This document shows positions 60,514 through 64,000 of a DNA stretch of 64,000 nucleotides, piece after piece (the stretch's first letter is position 1; every line of letters begins with the position of its first letter). A program made the position numbers and the translations under genes. Under the pieces are notes generated by a model. That model was given only the letters and a program-made list of their open reading frames with translations. It searched no databases and had not been told where the DNA came from. This stretch comes from Candidatus Kerfeldbacteria bacterium (GTDB lineage: Bacteria; Patescibacteriota; Patescibacteriia; SBBC01; CAIJZX01): the NCBI GenBank assembly GCA_016193315.1, contig JACPSJ010000005.1, forward strand, positions 68-64,067, in the 5' to 3' direction.

Positions 60514-61650
60514 ATGGAACTCCAGCCTTTCGAACAAGCCGCTGCGCTCCTCCAGCACAGCCGGAACCCACTTATTATTATACCAGAACAACCCTCGACG
60601 GATGCCATCGCCGGGGCCCTCGGCCTGCTCTTGATGTTAGAAAAGATGGGCCAGAATGCAAAAGTTGTCAGTCCCCGCTTCACGTTGCCGCCAGACCACT
60701 CGTTCCTCCCAAAAAGCCATGCCATCGAGCAGCAGCTGACAAACCTGCGCAGCTTCATTATCACTGTCAATCTCGAGCGGGCCCCGGTTGACAGCCTCAG
60801 CTACACTATCGACGGCGACCGTCTCCACCTCTACTTGACACCAAAGCGGGGCTTCTACGACCGTCAGGATGTCAGCACCTCGGCCGGATCCTTCGCCCAC
60901 GACGTGATCGTCACCCTTGATGCGCCCAGCCCCGAACGCCTCGGCGACCTGTACGAAGACAACGCCGAATTTTTTTACCATACACCAATCATCAATATCG
61001 ACCACCACACTACCAACAGCCGGTTCGGGCAAGTCAACCTCGTCGACGTGGTCGCCAACTCGGTGTCGGAGATTATTTTTGAGCTGATCAAGCGCCTCGG
61101 CTTCGAACTGCTCGATGAACAGGTGGCCACCAGCCTGTTGGCCGGGATCATCACCAAAACCAAAGCCTTCCAAAGCCAGGCCGTGACGCCGCGCTCATTA
61201 GCCATTGCCTCCCACTTAGTTTCTTCGGGCGCCCGGCGAGAAGATATCATCCGTGAGCTGTACCAAACAAAATCGATCGCCGGACTGAAACTGTGGGGTC
61301 GGGCCTTATCCCGGCTGCAAACCGATCAGCGCCAGCGGGTGGTTTGGAGTTCGCTGACCAAGGAAGATTTACAGGCCACGGCCACCAAGCCAAACGAAGC
61401 CAGCGGTGTCCTTGACGAACTGATCGTCAATGCCCCCGGGGCGTACTACTACTGCTTGTTCGTCGAAACACCAGCCGGTGTGACCGTCGCCCTAAACCAC
61501 CGACCAGATGCGCCGGTGCCAACTCCCTTTCGTGAGCTGACGCGCCAGACACCGCAGGACCTACGTGGCACCGTGCCCGGCCCACTGGCCGATGTTGAGG
61601 CGCGATTTATCCGCGCGCTGAAAGAGGCGGCCAACAACCAGGGCAGCTGA
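60514..61650 (+). CDS. DHH-family phosphoesterase-like protein
   Basis: IINIDHH; first acidic motif degenerate (QPSTDA). Confidence 0.8.
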   Translation: MELQPFEQAAALLQHSRNPLIIIPEQPSTDAIAGALGLLLMLEKMGQNAKVVSPRFTLPPDHSFLPKSHAIEQQLTNLRSFIITVNLERAPVDSLSYTIDGDRLHLYLTPKRGFYDRQDVSTSAGSFAHDVIVTLDAPSPERLGDLYEDNAEFFYHTPIINIDHHTTNSRFGQVNLVDVVANSVSEIIFELIKRLGFELLDEQVATSLLAGIITKTKAFQSQAVTPRSLAIASHLVSSGARREDIIRELYQTKSIAGLKLWGRALSRLQTDQRQRVVWSSLTKEDLQATATKPNEASGVLDELIVNAPGAYYYCLFVETPAGVTVALNHRPDAPVPTPFRELTRQTPQDLRGTVPGPLADVEARFIRALKEAANNQGS

Positions 61651-61684
61651 GGAGACCGCCGGTTTTTGCTATACTACGGAGACT

Positions 61685-63364
61685 ATGTCTCCGCCGTTAC
61701 CCCACGTCGCCCCAGCCGAGGTGGAAGAGGCCTTGGCCGCTCGGATGTCCGAGATCGCGCTGAAGGAAAAAGAGCAGCAGACGCAAGCCCGAGCTAGCGG
61801 CCTGGGGTTAGGGTACATTAACCTGGTTGGCTTCCCGATCGGGCCGGAGACGATCGCGGTCGTCCCCGAAGCTGAAGCCGAACGGCTGCAGGCCGTCTGC
61901 TTCTTAAAAACGACAGCGGAAATCCGCTTGGCCAGCACCAACCCGACGAATCCAGGCGTTCAGGAACTAGGACAGACGCTGGGCGCAAAATATCACGCCA
62001 ACGTCGGACTCTACATGGTGTCCGAACACAGCTTAGAATCAGCGCTCCGTAACTACCGACGGCTGCCAAAAATCACCAAGCGAATTAGCGGCATCGCCTT
62101 GGCTCAGGCGGACGTCGAGCGGTACCGGCAGGAGATTAAGGACTTTCGACACCTGGGGCGATACCTGAAGGACGCCTCGATGACGGACGTCTTCACCATC
62201 CTCCTGGCCGGCGCCATCGAGGCCGAGTCGTCCGACGTCCACATAGAAGCCGCCGACCAAGCCATCCACGTCCGCTATCGGATTGATGGCGTCTTGATCC
62301 CGGTGGCGACGCTCGAATACGCCCTGTGGCCGCGGATTATTTCTCGCATCAAGCTCATCGCCGGACTAAAGCTTAATATCACCAGCGCCCCCCAGGACGG
62401 CCGGATTACCATTTATCTCGAGGACGACAAGATCGACGTCCGCGTCTCCACCCTGCCGACGGCTTTTGGGGAAAGCGTCGTCCTTCGCCTACTCCGCTCT
62501 TCGGCCAGCAACATTCAGTTTAGCGACCTCGGGATGCGCGGGAAGGCGCGGGATGTGTTGCGCCAAGAAATTGAGCGCCCGAACGGAATGATCATCGTCA
62601 CCGGGCCAACGGGTTCGGGGAAAACAACGACGCTGTACGCCGTCCTCAATCAGCTGAACAAGCCAGACACCAAGATTATCACCCTCGAAGACCCAATCGA
62701 GTACAAACTCGAGGGCATCAACCAGAGCCAGGTCGACTGGGCCAAGGGGTACACCTTTGCCAAAGGACTGCGCTCGATTCTCCGCCAAGACCCGGACATC
62801 ATCATGGTCGGAGAGATTCGCGATCTCGATACGGCCGAAACATCAATTCAGGCGGCCCTCACTGGGCACCTGGTCCTGTCGACCGTGCACACGAATGACG
62901 CGGCTGGCGCCATACCACGCTTCCTGGCCATGGGTGCAAAAACTTTCCTCCTCGCCCCAGCCCTCAACACCGTCGTCGCTCAACGGCTGGTCCGACGCGT
63001 GTGCGATCGGTGCCAGCGCGAAGATGAGCTCGATGCCCGGATGAACGAACAGGTAAAAATAACCCTGGCGGCCATTCCGAAATCATCTGGTTACGCCGTC
63101 GATCCAGGGCGACCACTCCGGTTTGTCCGTGGTGGCGGTTGTGACAACTGCCATGGTCTTGGATACCGGGGCCGGATCGGGATCTTCGAAGTCCTGGTCG
63201 TCAACGACGAAATCGAAAAGATTATTCTCGAAGGCAAGGTCAGCGAATACGCCATGCGCGCCGCCGCCAGCCGTCAGGGCATGATCACCATGGTTCAGGA
63301 CGGGTTGCTGAAGGCCCTGGACGGGATTACCACTGTCGAGGAAGTCTTCCGGGTGGCGCAATAA
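61685..63364 (+). CDS. GspE/PilB-family pilus assembly ATPase
   Basis: SDVHIE, PQDGR, TGPTGSGKTTT, LEDPIEY, LRQDPD, CxxC...CxxC. Confidence 0.93.
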   Translation: MSPPLPHVAPAEVEEALAARMSEIALKEKEQQTQARASGLGLGYINLVGFPIGPETIAVVPEAEAERLQAVCFLKTTAEIRLASTNPTNPGVQELGQTLGAKYHANVGLYMVSEHSLESALRNYRRLPKITKRISGIALAQADVERYRQEIKDFRHLGRYLKDASMTDVFTILLAGAIEAESSDVHIEAADQAIHVRYRIDGVLIPVATLEYALWPRIISRIKLIAGLKLNITSAPQDGRITIYLEDDKIDVRVSTLPTAFGESVVLRLLRSSASNIQFSDLGMRGKARDVLRQEIERPNGMIIVTGPTGSGKTTTLYAVLNQLNKPDTKIITLEDPIEYKLEGINQSQVDWAKGYTFAKGLRSILRQDPDIIMVGEIRDLDTAETSIQAALTGHLVLSTVHTNDAAGAIPRFLAMGAKTFLLAPALNTVVAQRLVRRVCDRCQREDELDARMNEQVKITLAAIPKSSGYAVDPGRPLRFVRGGGCDNCHGLGYRGRIGIFEVLVVNDEIEKIILEGKVSEYAMRAAASRQGMITMVQDGLLKALDGITTVEEVFRVAQ

Positions 63365-63376
63365 AAAAGGACGCCG

Positions 63377-63817
63377 CTAACCTGCGGCGCTCCAAGGATC
63401 GTGGCCTCCGTGCGGAATTCCAACCTGGTAAGGATTTGGGGGCAGGAATTCAGCGAACGCAGTCAGGGCTTCATCTGGGCAACGCGTCGTTCGGGTGAAC
63501 GAGACCAGCGGTCGACCGACGTTGCGGAACTCGGTCACCAGGGCCTCGAACTCGAAACACCCATTTGGGCGGCCATCGGTCTGCATGATCGCGAGACGAA
63601 AGAAACGATGTCGATGAGGATCGATTTCTTCTGCCTCGGAGATCTGTCCGACGACATCAGACAACTCGTCATTGATTGGCAGCCGCATGTCGTCGGACAT
63701 CGAAACGAACGTCACTAGACCGACGACGCCCTCCAACATTGGGTGCGGCTCCAGCCGCTGAATGTGGTAAGGTAGACGAATTTTCTTCCCGCGATAGCGA
63801 AAGAGCAATTGATTCAT
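63377..63817 (-). CDS. hypothetical protein
   Basis: GGAGGA SD before ATG 63817. Confidence 0.6.
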   Translation of the reverse strand: MNQLLFRYRGKKIRLPYHIQRLEPHPMLEGVVGLVTFVSMSDDMRLPINDELSDVVGQISEAEEIDPHRHRFFRLAIMQTDGRPNGCFEFEALVTEFRNVGRPLVSFTRTTRCPDEALTAFAEFLPPNPYQVGIPHGGHDPWSAAG

Positions 63818-64000
63818 GACTCCTCCCGGCGTCAGAAGCACGTCGCACGTTCACTGGTAGTCTACCAAAATCTACGGGAACCCAAAAGCACGAGGCCGGA
63901 CTATTTACTGCGTCAGCCGCTACCAGAGAGCTATTCTGAGCCACTCACGCCCTACGCCGCTGCGAGGCGAACACGCGCCAGCCGCTCGACGATGGCTTGA

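Overview
The window resembles a Patescibacteria (CPR)-type chromosome; this taxonomic call is inferred from gene content and style. The right end holds the dnaN-dnaA-rpmH-rnpA-yidD-yidC origin region, with tyrS, PBP1A, tsaE, a DHH protein and a PilB/GspE ATPase. The middle holds clpB (with a CIRCE operator), a CCA-adding enzyme, PMT, galU, four pilin-like genes, six GT-C-type membrane glycosyltransferases, yebC-ruvC and a glycogen cluster (2 GT5, 2 GH57, 2 APH-like kinases, GalT-like). The left 15 kb is accessory and holds the three most unusual structures. (1) A retron-type reverse transcriptase (12255-13289, minus) is preceded by three tandem ~315-390 nt structured non-coding units. Each unit has its own promoter-like and terminator-like signal, and all share a covarying ACGA-UCWUYG-UCGU hairpin that also sits in the RT leader. 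(2) An integron-like cassette array (455-5461) lies next to a tyrosine recombinase lacking the IntI-specific insertion. It has atypical attC-like sites, cassette-specific terminal inverted repeats, and one gene nested inside an attC. (3) A tRNA-Ser(CGA) scaffold is broken by hairpin insertions in all three loops, with an intact tRNA-Ser(CGA) nested in its D-loop insertion. An orphan structured ncRNA candidate follows clpB.
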